From positions 7,380,001 through 7,444,000 of the forward strand of contig NC_087251.1 in NCBI RefSeq assembly GCF_037042905.1: 64,000 nucleotides of DNA, read 5' to 3'. Under the pieces are notes generated by a model. That model did not search any database. It was not told where the DNA came from and saw only the letters and a list, made by a program, of their open reading frames with translations. This stretch comes from Lytechinus pictus. Taxonomy: Eukaryota. A program made the translations under genes and the position numbers. The stretch's first letter is position 1, and each line of letters opens with the position of its first letter. This document shows positions 12,701 to 24,263 of the stretch, in pieces.

Positions 12701-14153
12701 ATATTCTGAAAATGCACCCCCTTAACAAGTATTGGCGTGTGAAACCCTACCCTTAACAAGTATTGGAAATAAAACGGTACCCTTGGCAATTATTCCCTGA
12801 ATTGCCCCCTAAACAAGTACAGTGATATTTTAATTGTTATATCACGGACGTCGGTCGACGGTTTTACCTTTACCTATAATGGGATTATTACGACCCCACC
12901 TCTCGCGCAAATAGGACTCTAAACACGTACATGTAGTGTTGGGGAAAAAAAGTACATACTTTATAAAACTTTTAGTCTTAATTTTTATACCCCGCAACTT
13001 TGACCCTAAACACGTAAGCTTTCTTAGCGAAATAGATACAATTTTTTCATTATTTTAGTGTTTTTGACACCCTTATTAACGTTACGTACGTAACATGCCC
13101 TATCTTAAAAAAAGACATCCTTTTTACGTGTTTTTTTTTTGGTCGCGCATGGGGTATCCACTCGTCAATGTAAGTGCCCCCCCCCCCCGAGAGGCCTACA
13201 CTGCAAAATCTCGGATAAGACATTCATGAAAATGTGTTATTTCTATTTGTGATATATCGCAAATTTTTGCATGTTTTGCAATTTCATGCAATAATTTGAT
13301 AAATTTAGTTCAAAAGTTTAAATTTAGTTCAAAAGTTTATAATTATGTAGTGCAGTGCATTGGATAATATTAAGTAACCTGCCCTAAAATGTGTCAAGTT
13401 TTCGTTGCTGAGAACAGAACCCGGTGAAGACAATAAAGAACCTACCGGATAGATAGCGAGCATCCATATTAGACTGATAGAACGATCTCTATGAGGTATC
13501 TTGGTTGCTACGAAGGTAATAGATTCAATGAATCCAACAAGAAGGATGACTGTAATTATGGATGTGATGGACATCATAACTATCAGACCTGTGTCATCAG
13601 ATATCACTGATGCAAAGAAAATCAATTTATGAATACTGACGTACAGACGTACAACCCAAAGAAGTTTTATGACCAAGAAAATTAAAGGAGAAAATGAAAG
13701 GATATGAAAAAGGTAAATGATATAATTTTCTGAATGTAATGTCAAAATCTATCACAAAATTGGATTAATTTTTAAAGAAACTACTCATGTCTGCCCCCTA
13801 TTTTATTTTTTTTTAGCTCATTACGCCACTGAACACCATAATTATAATCGAATCAAAACATTTTTAACGATTGTAGTATATAGGCCTATTAAATTAGCTC
13901 GAATGTCGCGTTGTAATGATTTGTGTGTGAGGGGGGGGGGGGGCAATCATCATCAGGCAGTTGGAAAATAAATGGCAATAATGATGGCCAACATGTCAAA
14001 GGAGGATGTTTGAAACTTCGGATACATGTTTATAAGAAAAATAGGCATTTTGCAAATATATTTGACACAAATCACAACAATAAAAGCGAATAACCTACCT
14101 TCTATGTGATCAATAAGCATAGGTTCGATGGTGGAACACTGATTTGTGGCCAT
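663..14153 (-). CDS. Organic solute transporter subunit alpha-like (OSTalpha/SLC51A family), multi-exon, 3'-partial (continues past position 1)
   Basis: complement(join(663..774,1681..1800,8751..8824,13446..13606,14099..14153)). All introns are GT-AG and phases are consistent (1,0,2,2,0). 174 codons: MATNQCSTIEPMLIDHIE/VISDD...LIWMLAIYP/IFAVTSQMGLFIPRAVLMCNLTASI/FFSVSLYHFVQLIIYYYGG.../ESFYRLKICIYQMALLRP... These match recalled OSTalpha motifs (GLxIPR, YxGG, Q-x-A-LLRP). Confidence 0.85.
1046..1304. mobile_element. Small palindromic MITE
   Basis: ctctctacaacgca...gttggtggactggaacagca is mirrored by tgctgttccggtccaccaac...tgtagagag. Confidence 0.6.
1681..1800 (-). CDS. OSTalpha-like exon 4 (FFSVSLYHFVQLIIYYYGGHDATVTKISEMQILGTLQLT)
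   Basis: 120-nt exon; acceptor tgtcttttag, donor GA|GTAAGA; phase 2-2 fits both neighbours. Confidence 0.8.
3403..3543. mobile_element. Small MITE inside the foldback element
   Basis: TIR ggggagtatttcat / atgaaatgctcccc. Confidence 0.55.
4326..4577. mobile_element. hAT-like MITE nested in the foldback element
   Basis: TIR catgggcggaaatc / gatttccgcccctg; perfect 8-bp TSD gtcgtagt (4318-4325, 4578-4585). Confidence 0.85.
5290..7030 (+). repeat. Tandem array of ~44-45-bp unit (AAACAACCGGGTCTGGA(n)AGACTTTGGAC...), about 39 copies estimated from span/unit
   Basis: Directly visible; an inverted array of about 8 copies lies at 2476-2817. Confidence 0.95.
7618..7805. mobile_element. MITE (caggggccgcggaac TIR)
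   Basis: TIR caggggccgcggaac / gttccgcggcccctg. Confidence 0.7.
8751..8824 (-). CDS. OSTalpha-like exon 3 (IFAVTSQMGLFIPRAVLMCNLTAS)
   Basis: 74-nt exon; acceptor attaacag, donor GTAAGA; GLFIPR motif. Confidence 0.85.
9640..10510. repeat. GC-rich minisatellite (AAATCGGCGCC / AGAATAATCAGCGCC sub-units, ~37-bp basic period)
   Basis: Directly visible; lies inside a 9393-11818 insertion with cagttgcggatccag / ctggatccgcctatg ends. Confidence 0.85.
11830..12130 (-). pseudogene. Tc1/mariner transposase remnant (catalytic region); C-terminal piece continues at ~9283-9392
   Basis: The minus strand gives frameshifted TPVHRSKIFRGRLKELF, ERPPRFPDPAP and CDCFL*GYKK (cf. WPPRSPDLxPxDFFLWGYxK). Past the insertion it gives MVIRAVR...RFCV*RRGRYVE (cf. 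R...CV...GGHxE). Confidence 0.7.
12608..13191. mobile_element. CCGGG(G)n-terminated MITE
   Basis: Poly-G/poly-C TIR with gcactt..gacgagtggatac mirrored; 8-bp TSD aggcctac (12600-12607, 13192-13199). Confidence 0.75.
13446..13606 (-). CDS. OSTalpha-like exon 2 (first TM segment to LIWMLAIYP)
   Basis: Acceptor tttgcatcag, donor CCG|GTAGGT; hydrophobic TM segment within track ORF 13329..13745. Confidence 0.85.
14099..14153 (-). CDS. OSTalpha-like coding exon 1 (MATNQCSTIEPMLIDHIE)
   Basis: ATG in AAGATGG context; donor G|GTAGGT; phase 1 matches the next exon. Confidence 0.65.
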
Positions 14154-14442
14154 CTTATTATTCCAATCTATATACTCGGTTTATGAGATTCCAAATCCAA
14201 AAGGATTCCAATAAGAAAAAAATCAGCACAGCAAGTTACATTCAAATGTTATTACTCTTTTACTTTGTAACGTGTGATTTCCCTCAAAAGTGTTTAAAAA
14301 TCTACCCCCAATAATTTCGAGTGAACATTGCTACTAGGTAGTACAAGTAGTTTACTCGGTGCTGTATATAGGCAGGCCACTGATTTCCATATTGATCCCT
14401 GTCAATTTTTAACCCAAGCTGAGCCAGGGTCTAAAGGTCGCG

Positions 14443-15289
14443 CAGTGGTGTAACAGGCGGGGGGCAGGGGGCAAGCTCCCCCCTGGCGGATTTCACCGGG
14501 AAAATAAAAGAAAAACGAGAAAAAGAAACAAAAAGGGAAAGGGGAAAAGGAATGGAGGAAAAGGAAAGGGAAAATTGAAAAGAAAACGAAGAAAAAATAT
14601 TTTTTTTAATGGAAAAGGAAGGAAAGCGGGAAAATGTACGAAAGAAGAACAATTGAGAAAGAACATATCGTTCCGAAATATGCCTATGTAATTCAATAGC
14701 ACGGTGGGAAATAAATTGAAATATGACAAAATGGCAAACAATAGCGGGAAACGAAGGTAGAATGTAATTAATCAAAAGCTAAATTGGAAAACAAAGAAAA
14801 GGGACAAGAAAAAAAATAATAACACGACCGGGCTGCCGATCATGATTAAAATTAAAGAGCGGGAAGAAAGATGGACTGCATACAACATTGTGCTATAAGC
14901 TTGCTAAATCTTATGCAAATAAGCTACCGGGGCTTTGCCCCAGACCCCACGCAGTAGGGGCTCTTAATTCATTTATAACCTTCAAATGGCTCTATAACGC
15001 CCCCCTTTCAATCACGTTCAATCACTGGCATACAGGCGGGGGTGGGTCTTGGTTCCACACCCAAGAGGAAATAAAGGAAATTATAGGAGACAACGTATAA
15101 TTAAATGAATGGAAACAATAAAATGTGCTATTTGCTGAATATAATGGAAAAATCTATAACATAATTAGAATTGAATCTCAATAGGCAATTTTTTTCCAGC
15201 TCGCTTTGCACGCTGGCGACTTTTTACAAATTTTTCCCACATTGGTTTTTTTCTTCCCCCCTCAAAATATTTGGTTCATTACGCAACTG
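14443..15289 (+). mobile_element. CAGTGG-type MITE; inverted sister copy at ~21017-21679
   Basis: Near-identical reverse-complement copy over ~650 bp. Confidence 0.75.
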
Positions 15290-16789
15290 GGTTGAATAAA
15301 TGTGTTGTGTAATAGCTATATTCTGTATATAAATAAGAGGAGGAAGACGAGTAAATAAAATAAGGTTAGGGGAAAACTTGTTATGTCGTTATACAGAAAT
15401 TTCGCTCGCGCTTCGCGCTCGCATTGCCTGTTCGATGAGATACATATCTTGCTCAATAGGCTGATATGGAGCTTAAAATATCAAGTTTTGAAGTCGAATA
15501 TACAAAATATATTTCTGCTCGGACATCGAACTTTCATTGTTTTGTTTGATTTACAAATAAGTTTAAAAGAGTGCTCTGTAAAATGTCCGTTTTATGGTCT
15601 GAATATTTACATTTTAGATCGCGGGGCGCGCTCGGATTATTTGATTTATCCAGTATGCCTATTCTCTTCTTGTATTCCATAAAGTTATAATATCCCTTTT
15701 CAGGTCTGATTTTCAAAACATATCAGCTAGCGCTGCGCTCTCGCATTTTGACTGGTGCTCTACGTTATGACTTATGTATACCTCTATATTGATTCTAACA
15801 AACTTATCGATATTCCACTCAGACCACTCAGAAAAAAGGGACAATTTTGTTATTAGGAAATCCTGAAAATGTTTTTTTATTTATTAATCTTATAAGCCTA
15901 TATAATGAGCACTCGAAATTTGTTGATATTACGGCCTGAAAACTGGACATTTTAAGCACTTTTTTCATTATGAATAGGATGCACGGTTTAATATATTTTT
16001 TAACAATTAATACGAGCGTAAATCACGAGCCGAACTTTTTGATAAATTGTTAGAATCAATACAGAGGTATACATAAGTCATAACGTAGAGCACCAGTCAA
16101 AATGCGAGAGCGCAGCGCTAGCTGATATGTTTTGATTATAACAATCATATGGTATCATTTTAAAGAAAATTAAATGATCTTTTGAATAATATCAAATATA
16201 TGCATTACGTAAGATTGGGAGTTGGGAGAAATGAATGGCCAAACACAGATTTCCAAACTTTTTTGAGGGGTTTATATATATATATATATATAATAATAAT
16301 AGTAATAAATCAGGGGCGGAGGAGCAAAGTTGAAAGTGGCGGGCACAGGGAAAAAAGCTAGGCACCTTTTTTTTGAAAAAGGCACAATCTTAACATTTTT
16401 TTATCTACAGTGGGGTAATGAGCCGAAAATTTTGAGAGGGATAGATATGTTGTATTACGTAAACTTATAAGAAGTTGCGAGCGAGCAAGCAAAATTTTTG
16501 ATTTTTTTTAAAAACGAAAATCCAATTTTGTGATAGATTTTGACAACTAATATTTAGAAAATAATGTCATATTTCACCCTTCTCTTTTTCATTTTCTCTT
16601 TTTTTCTTGGTCGTGAAAAATTTGGGGAGGGGACAAGAGCCTCTCAAGCCCCCCCCCCCCCTATAAGTACGCCGCTGCTCATCTACCCCACTCACGTGAA
16701 ACTTTAATAAGGGACGTAGAATTTTCCTTACAAGTATTTTCCTTCATATAAGTAGTAATATGTAAAAATTGGAACATTGTTTTTTTGTT

Positions 16790-17420
16790 TCAAAGGGGCA
16801 CTCGATCGTATAAAATGGGTCAAGGGCACCTATAAGAAGGCAAAGGGGGACTTGAAAACGGCATAAAACGGGTAATTCCCAAGTATGAAAGGGGCACAGA
16901 GCACGTTCGTGGGGGCACTTTTTTGGGTAACTAAAGGGGCACTGATAGGAGAAAGGGCATGCACTTACAAGAAGGCAATTAAGGGGCATTTGCTCACACA
17001 TAAAACGGGTCCTTTTCAGGTAAAGGGGCACTTTCTTGTAAAGATCGAGGGGCACTCGATTCGGGAAAGGTGTACTAACAAATTAAGGGGCTTGCTCGAT
17101 CTAAAACGGGTCCTTGGCGCGGGTGAAAGGGGATCGAGAAATTACGTTACGGTGAGGGGCAGTTCCCTTGGGTAAAAAAGGGCACTGATTCGAGAAAGGG
17201 CACTTACAAGAATTAAGGGAAGGGGGTACTAGCTTGCTCACTCATACGGGTCCTTCTCAGATGAGAGCTAGTGCAAACACGTGGGGGGAATTTTTTGTAA
17301 AAATTGGCAGATATACAAGAAATGGCACTTGCTATAACACCTAAAATGGGTCCTCCTCAGGTGAGAGGGGATAGTACACGTTCGTGAGGGGGCATTTTTC
17401 TTGCGTAGAAAGGGCACTTT
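16790..17420 (+). repeat. Degenerate tandem repeats with AAGGGGCAC core (transposon subterminal array)
   Basis: Recurrent aaggggcac/aaagggcac and aaaacgggtc motifs. Confidence 0.65.
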
Positions 17421-17639
17421 TCCAGTGCTTCAATTAGTGCCCCCCAGGATCGATCGCCGCCCTAGCTGAAATAGATAAACCATGAATTTTCTTGCACGCC
17501 TGCAATGGCTGAATGCCGTCGATTAAAAAAAAAAACCCAATACTTTTTTGTTGTAGGCTTGTACTGGAATTGGAAACATCCCAACCCCACCTCTCCGCCA
17601 TCTCCAACATCTGCATGCACTAAATTGCGCCAGAGGCGA

Positions 17640-17790
17640 TTCGATTATAGTCTGCTACATGACGTCATGCATGACGTCCATTCACTTTATACTAGCTCAT
17701 ACTGTACCGTAGCTGACGCTGCTTTCGTTTGGTGCTGATAACTGATCAGGATTCATGGATAACTTTGGTGTAAAAGTAATGTGTAAGTTA
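17640..17790 (+). promoter_or_regulatory. Candidate promoter / non-coding first exon (possibly of the SMIM26-like gene)
   Basis: Tandem CRE-like sites forming the perfect palindrome GACGTCATGCATGACGTC (17661-17678); donor GTAAGT at 17783. Confidence 0.35.
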
Positions 17791-18541
17791 GATCTGTTTT
17801 CAACAATTGTATACAGCTAACGAAGCATGAATGAATTTAATTCTTGCTGTTAGACTTCCATTTATTTTCTTGGTAGGCCTAACGACTTAAAATTTGACCT
17901 AACTCTGTATGCATCTCTTTATACTAAAAAATACTATGGCCTAGTCCCACATGCATTATTTTGTGTTTGATAACATTAACAGGACGAATTATCCGCCAGT
18001 CCATAAATGGTTAGGGTGACTGCACACAGTCACAGAGCTAAAAATATCTCCCTTTTCACAGCGTTCACACAGCCAAAAATGGTCATGGTTTTGAGGGAAA
18101 ATTCAAAGTTCAACGCATTTCTGATATATGATCTCATTCAGCAGCGTAACGGGATGGTGGCCAGGGGGGGGGGGGGGCAAGAGCCACTCACACGTATTGC
18201 GAGGTTAGTATACTAACCTCGTACCACGAACCGCGTTTGGCAGTGGATTTCTAACTAGTGGGTCGCGTGTGCTGGGATCTCACTTCTTGGGTCCACAACA
18301 CACGACTTCTATGGCTTGATTTTTCTGTGCGCGGCGGCATGTAATGAACCCTTGGGTGGGCAAGAGCCAAAAATTTCCCGGTCATCAGTAGAGCCTGAGG
18401 CGCACGGCCAATATGGGAGACTCTCTCCAATAGGGGAGACAATCTCCCACATTGAAGACTTGCTTTGCAAAAGGACAAAAGAAACAACACCAACAAAAGC
18501 ATGATTTTTTCCACCCAAAATTTTGTCTCACTAATGACTAA

Positions 18542-19074
18542 GGCCGTCTGCACCATCCCGAGTTTTCAAATTAGCGCACTATTTCTGATCCGGCAAATTA
18601 TCCCGATCTGAAAAATCTCGAGATAGTTTGCAGTGGAGACGCAATTATCGCGCTAGTTCGTAGGATTAATCTCGAGATTGCAATCCCAAGTCAACTCGGG
18701 TTTATTTGCAAAATAGCGCGCTATTTTATGAATTATCCCGCTAATTCGTAGGTGCAGACACACTCGAGATTGGACTCGGGGTAATTTATTCATGACGTCA
18801 GTCCATAATGCAATTCGCGTTCCACTTCCGCCTTGGTCAAAACATAAACGTGCGAAAGTCAACTTTATACATGCGAATAGATATTATCGCGAATAGCGTT
18901 CATCAATTGCCTAATCAGCAACGATGGTGTCCCACCAGTGAATGGATTTTGGGAGAGACCAGACCGATGGGGGAGGCGCTCATTATCGACGTTGGTCATA
19001 TTCAATAACAACACTGACAGCAGTGTCGTCTGATTCCTTCGCAAAATGTGAGCAAATAGCATTTCTTTCCTCCT

Positions 19075-19107
<33 letters not shown>

Positions 19108-19457
19108 GTCGTTGCCTCCTACTCCGCCATCATATTTAACGAAGAATACATCACTTCTTCACTCACTGAGCTGAGAGGATTGTTGCATAACACCGGTCGA
19201 ATTCGGCGAAAGTGCTAGTGAAAGGAGTACATTGCTTGCATATCGCGGGAAGTTATTCAAAAGCGCGGGCCGTTGAAACTCCAAGATCCGAAAGTGCGCA
19301 TGCTCGGAATATCGGGCTTGTTGCCTCGCTCGAGCAGGAATCACTCTTCTTGCGATGGTGGAGACGGGGTTTCTTGAATCTCGAGATTAATCGCGAAGTG
19401 GGCCGATCGGGCTAAAATCTCGAGATTGAGCAAACTCGGGATGGTGCAGCACCGCCT
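18542..19457. mobile_element. Harbinger-like MITE nested in the CAGTAG element
   Basis: TIR ctgcaccatcccgagttt / aaactcgggatggtgcag; internal ctcgagat repeats; approximate TA(A) target. Confidence 0.6.
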
Positions 19458-19525
19458 ACTGAGGTCAGAAGCCCATTTGTTTTGTGTGTGATTGACAACA
19501 AAAATCCTTATCAAAACAAAAGTAG

Positions 19526-19714
19526 AAAGTCAAAAAGGGGCCTAAGCTTTCGATCCTAGCAGAATCTTCGTCGGAGGCAAAATGACCGACGAGGTCATTT
19601 TGCCTCCGACGAAGATTCTGCTAGGATCGAAAGCTTAGGCCCCTTTTTGACTTTCTAATTTACTCCATTGGCTCTCTTTTATTAGATAAGCAGTTTTCAG
19701 CAGCTTCTTTTTGC
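19526..19714. mobile_element. Probable Penelope-like retroelement fragment (inverted pLTR) with hammerhead-like core
   Basis: 65-bp-arm perfect palindrome 19523-19657; 14-bp direct repeat caaaacaaaagtag at 19512-19525 and 19715-19728. Confidence 0.6.
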
Positions 19715-20040
19715 CAAAACAAAAGTAGACGGTGAATATTTAAAGTAGACGGTGAAAAGGGGTAATTTTTCATGAGGAACCTGCTTATCACATTTTTATT
19801 TGTCGCCAAGGTAATCCTTTTGCAGCAAATGTAAACAAAGGAAATTGGACTCCAAAACTGGAGACTGTCTCTGAAATTGGATACCCAAATTCTTTACAAA
19901 AGTCTCTGATATTGGAGATAATCTCCCACATTGGAGACAGTCTCCAATATTGGCCGTGCGCCTCTACTGGTCATAACATGATCTAACCCAGGGAGCTCCG
20001 GCCTGCGCAGCGGGCCGGAGCCCAGGGGCTTACCGTGTAT

Positions 20041-20179
20041 TAGACCAAAAGCTTCGGTCTCTGTTATGTTGGTTGTTACGAGTGGAGCCAACTACGTTGG
20101 CTCCACTCAAATGAGGAGAAATTAAAAAAATAAAAAAATGTTGAAAAACTCCTCGAAACAGACGGCTGCCAGCTGTCTA
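20041..20179 (+). mobile_element. TAGAC...GTCTA element (Mutator-like), 139-bp short form
   Basis: Perfect 9-bp TSD accgtgtat (20032-20040, 20180-20188). Confidence 0.85.
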
Positions 20180-20416
20180 ACCGTGTATTTGACCATACTC
20201 ACGGGACTAGCGTGATTTATGTTCTAAATATTTCTCCAAATGAATTGTGAAAACAGAAATTATGCACTTACCGCGATTATATGGATGAAGGTCTAACGAG
20301 TGGCAGTTTCCTGACATCGAGGCACAGACTGGAACTTCAAAAAAACTAAAAGTTCTCTCCTTCTACCCCAGTCTCGATCGGCCATTTTGTTACGATTCAT
20401 ACATTACATTTATTAA

Positions 20417-21009
20417 AGGGGAATCCAACCCAAATAAAAACTAGTTTTTATAAGAAAAAGATAAATCAGACAAGTTGATATGTGAAAGTTTGAACAATAT
20501 TGAACAAACAACAAGAAAGTTATGAATTTTTAAAAGTTGTAAATATTGGTAATCACTATACTCATGGAGACTTCAAATTGGCCTCATATGGGATGTCATA
20601 GTGATGTAAGGCAAGGACTACTCTTCCATGTACTCCACTACATATTATGGCTAAAATGTCATTTTTCCGAAAAGTTTTATTTCAAATTACATTTTTCTTT
20701 CATGAGGACATTAAACAATATACTACCTGGGTTGTATTTAGATTACTGCCCCAGGGAAATAGGTACTTAGGAGAAAACCACAAATCCCTGATAATAAAGT
20801 ACATGGCTTATGGGAAAGTTGTCCTGCCCCTTGTCATAATTTACTTACCCAGTTGCCAATTTGAAATCTACATACTATTAGTGATCCCAATTTTAAAGCA
20901 GCTATAACTTTCTTATTGCTTGTCCGATTTCTTTCAAATTTTCACCATTCTGTTTAATTTATTTTTCTCCTTCCCAACACAACATTTTATGGCCAAGCTG
21001 GATTCCCCT
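20417..21009. mobile_element. Kolobok-like MITE (TTAA target)
   Basis: ttaa|aggggaatcca ... tggattcccct|ttaa. Confidence 0.7.
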
Positions 21010-21631
21010 TTAAACCCAGTTGCGTAATGAACCAAATATTTTGAGGGGGCAAAAAATAGCAATGTGGGAAAAATTTGTAAAAAATCGCCAGCTTGCAAAG
21101 CGAGCTGGAAAAAAAATTGCCTATTAAATTCTAATTATGTGATAGATTTTCCATTATATTCAGCAAATAACACATTTCATTGTTTCCATTCATTTCATTA
21201 TACGTTGTCTCCTATAATTTCTTTTATTTCCTCTTGGGTGTGGAACAGCGCCTGTATGCCAGTGATTGAACGTGATTGAAAGGGGGCGTTATAGAGGCAT
21301 TTGGAGGTTATAAATGAAGAGCCCCTACTGCGTGGGGTCTGGGGCAAAGCCCCGGTAGCTTATTTGCATAATATTTAGCAAGCTTATAGCACAATGTTGT
21401 ATACAGTCCATCTTTCTTCCCGCTCTTTAATTTCAATCATCGGCAGCCCGGTCGTTTTCCCGCTTTCCTTCCTTTTCCATTTAAAAAAACGTTTTTTCTT
21501 CGTTTTCTTTTCACTTTTCCCTTTCCTTTTGCCCTTTCCTTTCCCTTTCTTTCGCCCTTCTTTTATCTTTTTCCTGTTTTTCTCTTATTTTCCCGGTGAA
21601 ATCCGCCAGGGGGGGGGTAGCTTGCCCCCCC

Positions 21632-21663
<32 letters not shown>

Positions 21664-21771
21664 GCCTGTTCCGCCACTGATCCCATTATCCAAATTTAAT
21701 GACTTTGGTATCAAATTAAAGAGAATAAAAATGCTCCTAATAACCTACTTAGTTTACATTTGGTTACTACC

Positions 21772-21988
21772 TTATTTTTTACGTGGCATTAAAAAAGGAA
21801 GTTGAAAGTCTTGTATCTCATGAATAAATGTACCATACTTTTGTAAATTAGCAGGGGTTTGTAGTTCATGTATTGATAATTATTTTTTATGTGGCATTAA
21901 AAAAGGAAGTTGAAAGTCTTGTATCTCATGAATAAATGTACCATACTTTTGTAAACTAGCGGGGTTTTGTAGTTCATGTATTGATAAT
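21772..21988 (+). repeat. Local tandem duplication, 108-bp period, 2 copies
   Basis: gtggcattaaaaaaggaagttgaaagtcttgtatctc...gtattgataat repeated. Confidence 0.85.
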
Positions 21989-24031
21989 GCCAAATCCAAT
22001 GGAAATACTCATTTGTCACCTTTCCTTTACTTCAGGATCAAGTGTCAGAATTGATTTCAAAATACTCTTCCCCCACTACTCCAGGAAGCCCAATGCAAAA
22101 CTGCACACAAAATATCTGCACTCTGTGTATGGTCGTGTATTTCAGCTGTGTGTGTGTGTTGTGACAAATTATACTAGCCATTGGCTATTATACGAGCCTA
22201 TTGGGAGCATTTGTTCAAATTCATTTGATTATTACTCAAAAAACGATTCAGGGATTACTATGAAATTTAGTAGATTTCAATTTTGCACTAATTTCATCAA
22301 GATCTGAAAAAAATCTGACAGTTTAATGAAGTGGTTAATGAGATGGCCTCCCTACTATGGTGTATACATCCCCAGAAAAGATATCCGTCTACATGGTCCC
22401 TAATTAAATTGCGATTCAAAGTTTTTTTCCTTAAAAAAAAAGAAAAACTGTGATGACCCCTCCAGTCTATTCACTTCATAAGTATTTACGATGCAACAAT
22501 CATGACAATAGCAAAAACAGGTAGTCTATGTGATGAAAACAATTTTTGTTTGTATATGATCATGCATGACATTATTGCATACCTGTTTTTGTTATTGTGA
22601 ATATACTTCTGCAGTGAAGAGACTGGATGCCAATTTTTTTCTCTTGTTTTCATGGAGAAATACAGTACTTGGAATCACGATTTGATTGATAGGGATTGTG
22701 TAGACCAAAAGCTATTATATAGTCTTTCTACATTGGCTGTTCGGCTGAACTAAATTGGCTACACTCACCAATACATAGACCGAAAATTGGGATGTCCATG
22801 CCATTTACACAATTAGGAACTTTATTTGTATAGGTCGTAATTTATTTTTTTAAACAAAAATTTACAATTCCATAATCTTTACAAATTGTACTCTATTATG
22901 AGGAGAAAAGATATGAATTAAGAAATTTCGTAAAAAAAACTTTTAGCAAAAATTCCCCTTATGAATTATGATAAGTTAGTCCCCTTTTGGTAGTAATTGA
23001 AAAATGCTATCTTGAATGACATCATACAGATGTCTTTACCAGATGAAAATACCGATATTTGTGTTGCTGCTTTGCACTTGTCTTCATATCGATAATTGTC
23101 CTTGTGCACATTCTGTAATCACATAGATCAGCAGTGATATCGAAAAAAACCTTATCAAAAGCCTAGCTATAAGTATAACAAACTCTGCTGCCAGTTTTTC
23201 ATCTCCGGTGATCAATTTTCAAAACCAAGGAACAAAACATTCGTAACATATTTTATCCAAATTAATCTGATAACCAGTGATATGAAAAAATTATAATCTC
23301 AGGAAAAAACGAGGGCCATCAATTACAATAATATTATTTTAGTTAAACCTAGTAAAATGCTTGAAATATCGAAAACATACATGTACATGTAGGCCCATAT
23401 TTGGCAATGTGTGTGTCCATTAGCGCTTGCACTAAAGAGTTAATGTCTGTGGATGAAAGTGACATGTCAGAAATATCTTAATCCTCAGAAAAGATGGTTA
23501 TGACCTGTCTCTGGATTGTGTAGATGAATGTCTAAAAGAAGTGAGGTTCCATACATGTATATCATATTGACTGGCTTTGAGGGAAATTGGTATCTCAAAA
23601 ATTAAAGCCAGTCAATATCATTATTATTACCTTTATGCCCAGTTGTATGATGTGTAATAAGTCAATCTTATTCTAATAATATGGTAGCATAGTCACAGAT
23701 AAAAGTATTTGTACAATTATCTATTCACAGTAAATTGTTCCAGGACTCAATACTTGCATCAAATTTTACTGCATTATCTTGCAAAATTGAGTTGCAGATC
23801 AATCGTAAGTTGTCTGGTTGCCTTTAGTCATGTAACTTGGTGCATAAGCATGTATGGTAATAAACCAAGATTGTGTTTTGTTATTCATTTCAGATTGGAA
23901 TTCTATACCTCATTCCTCTTGCTGACCAGTTCTTGTAAAATTTCCAAAGTAATGTTCCTGTGCTGCAGCTTTTGATGATCTCTCTATAAGAACTTAATTC
24001 TGTTTAGAAGTCAGTGTCGGAGTAAATCAAC

Positions 24032-24263
24032 ATGAAGAAACTTCTCAGCTTTTTTCGTGGAGGATTGGACCGAAGTAAAAACTCAGTATGGGGCAAAAAG
24101 GCTTCTATTGTCTATGCTCTTGGAACATGGACACTTTTAGGGTTATTTTTTGTCCGGTGGAAACAGAATCAGTTTAAGTTACCTCAAGTGGGTGCTTTGC
24201 CATCTATGACGGAAGAGGAGAAAGTTAAGCATATAGCAGAACTGAAATCAGAGCAGAAAAAGA
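24032..24263 (+). CDS. SMIM26: SMIM26-like small single-pass membrane protein, first coding exon
   Basis: WGKKASIVYALGTWTLLG resembles the recalled SMIM26 motif W-x-x-x-S-V-V-Y-x-x-G-T-W-S-V-L-G. Upstream acceptor tcatttcag ends at 23893; strong donor AGA|GTAAGT after 24263. The unspliced ORF runs to 24289 (85 aa). Confidence 0.7.

Larger units (their letters stand above)
18386..19969. mobile_element. Non-autonomous DNA element with CAGTAG termini and 5-bp TSD
   Basis: TIR cagtagag..gcgcacggccaata / tattggccgtgcgcctctactg; TSD gtcat (18381-18385, 19970-19974). Confidence 0.75.
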
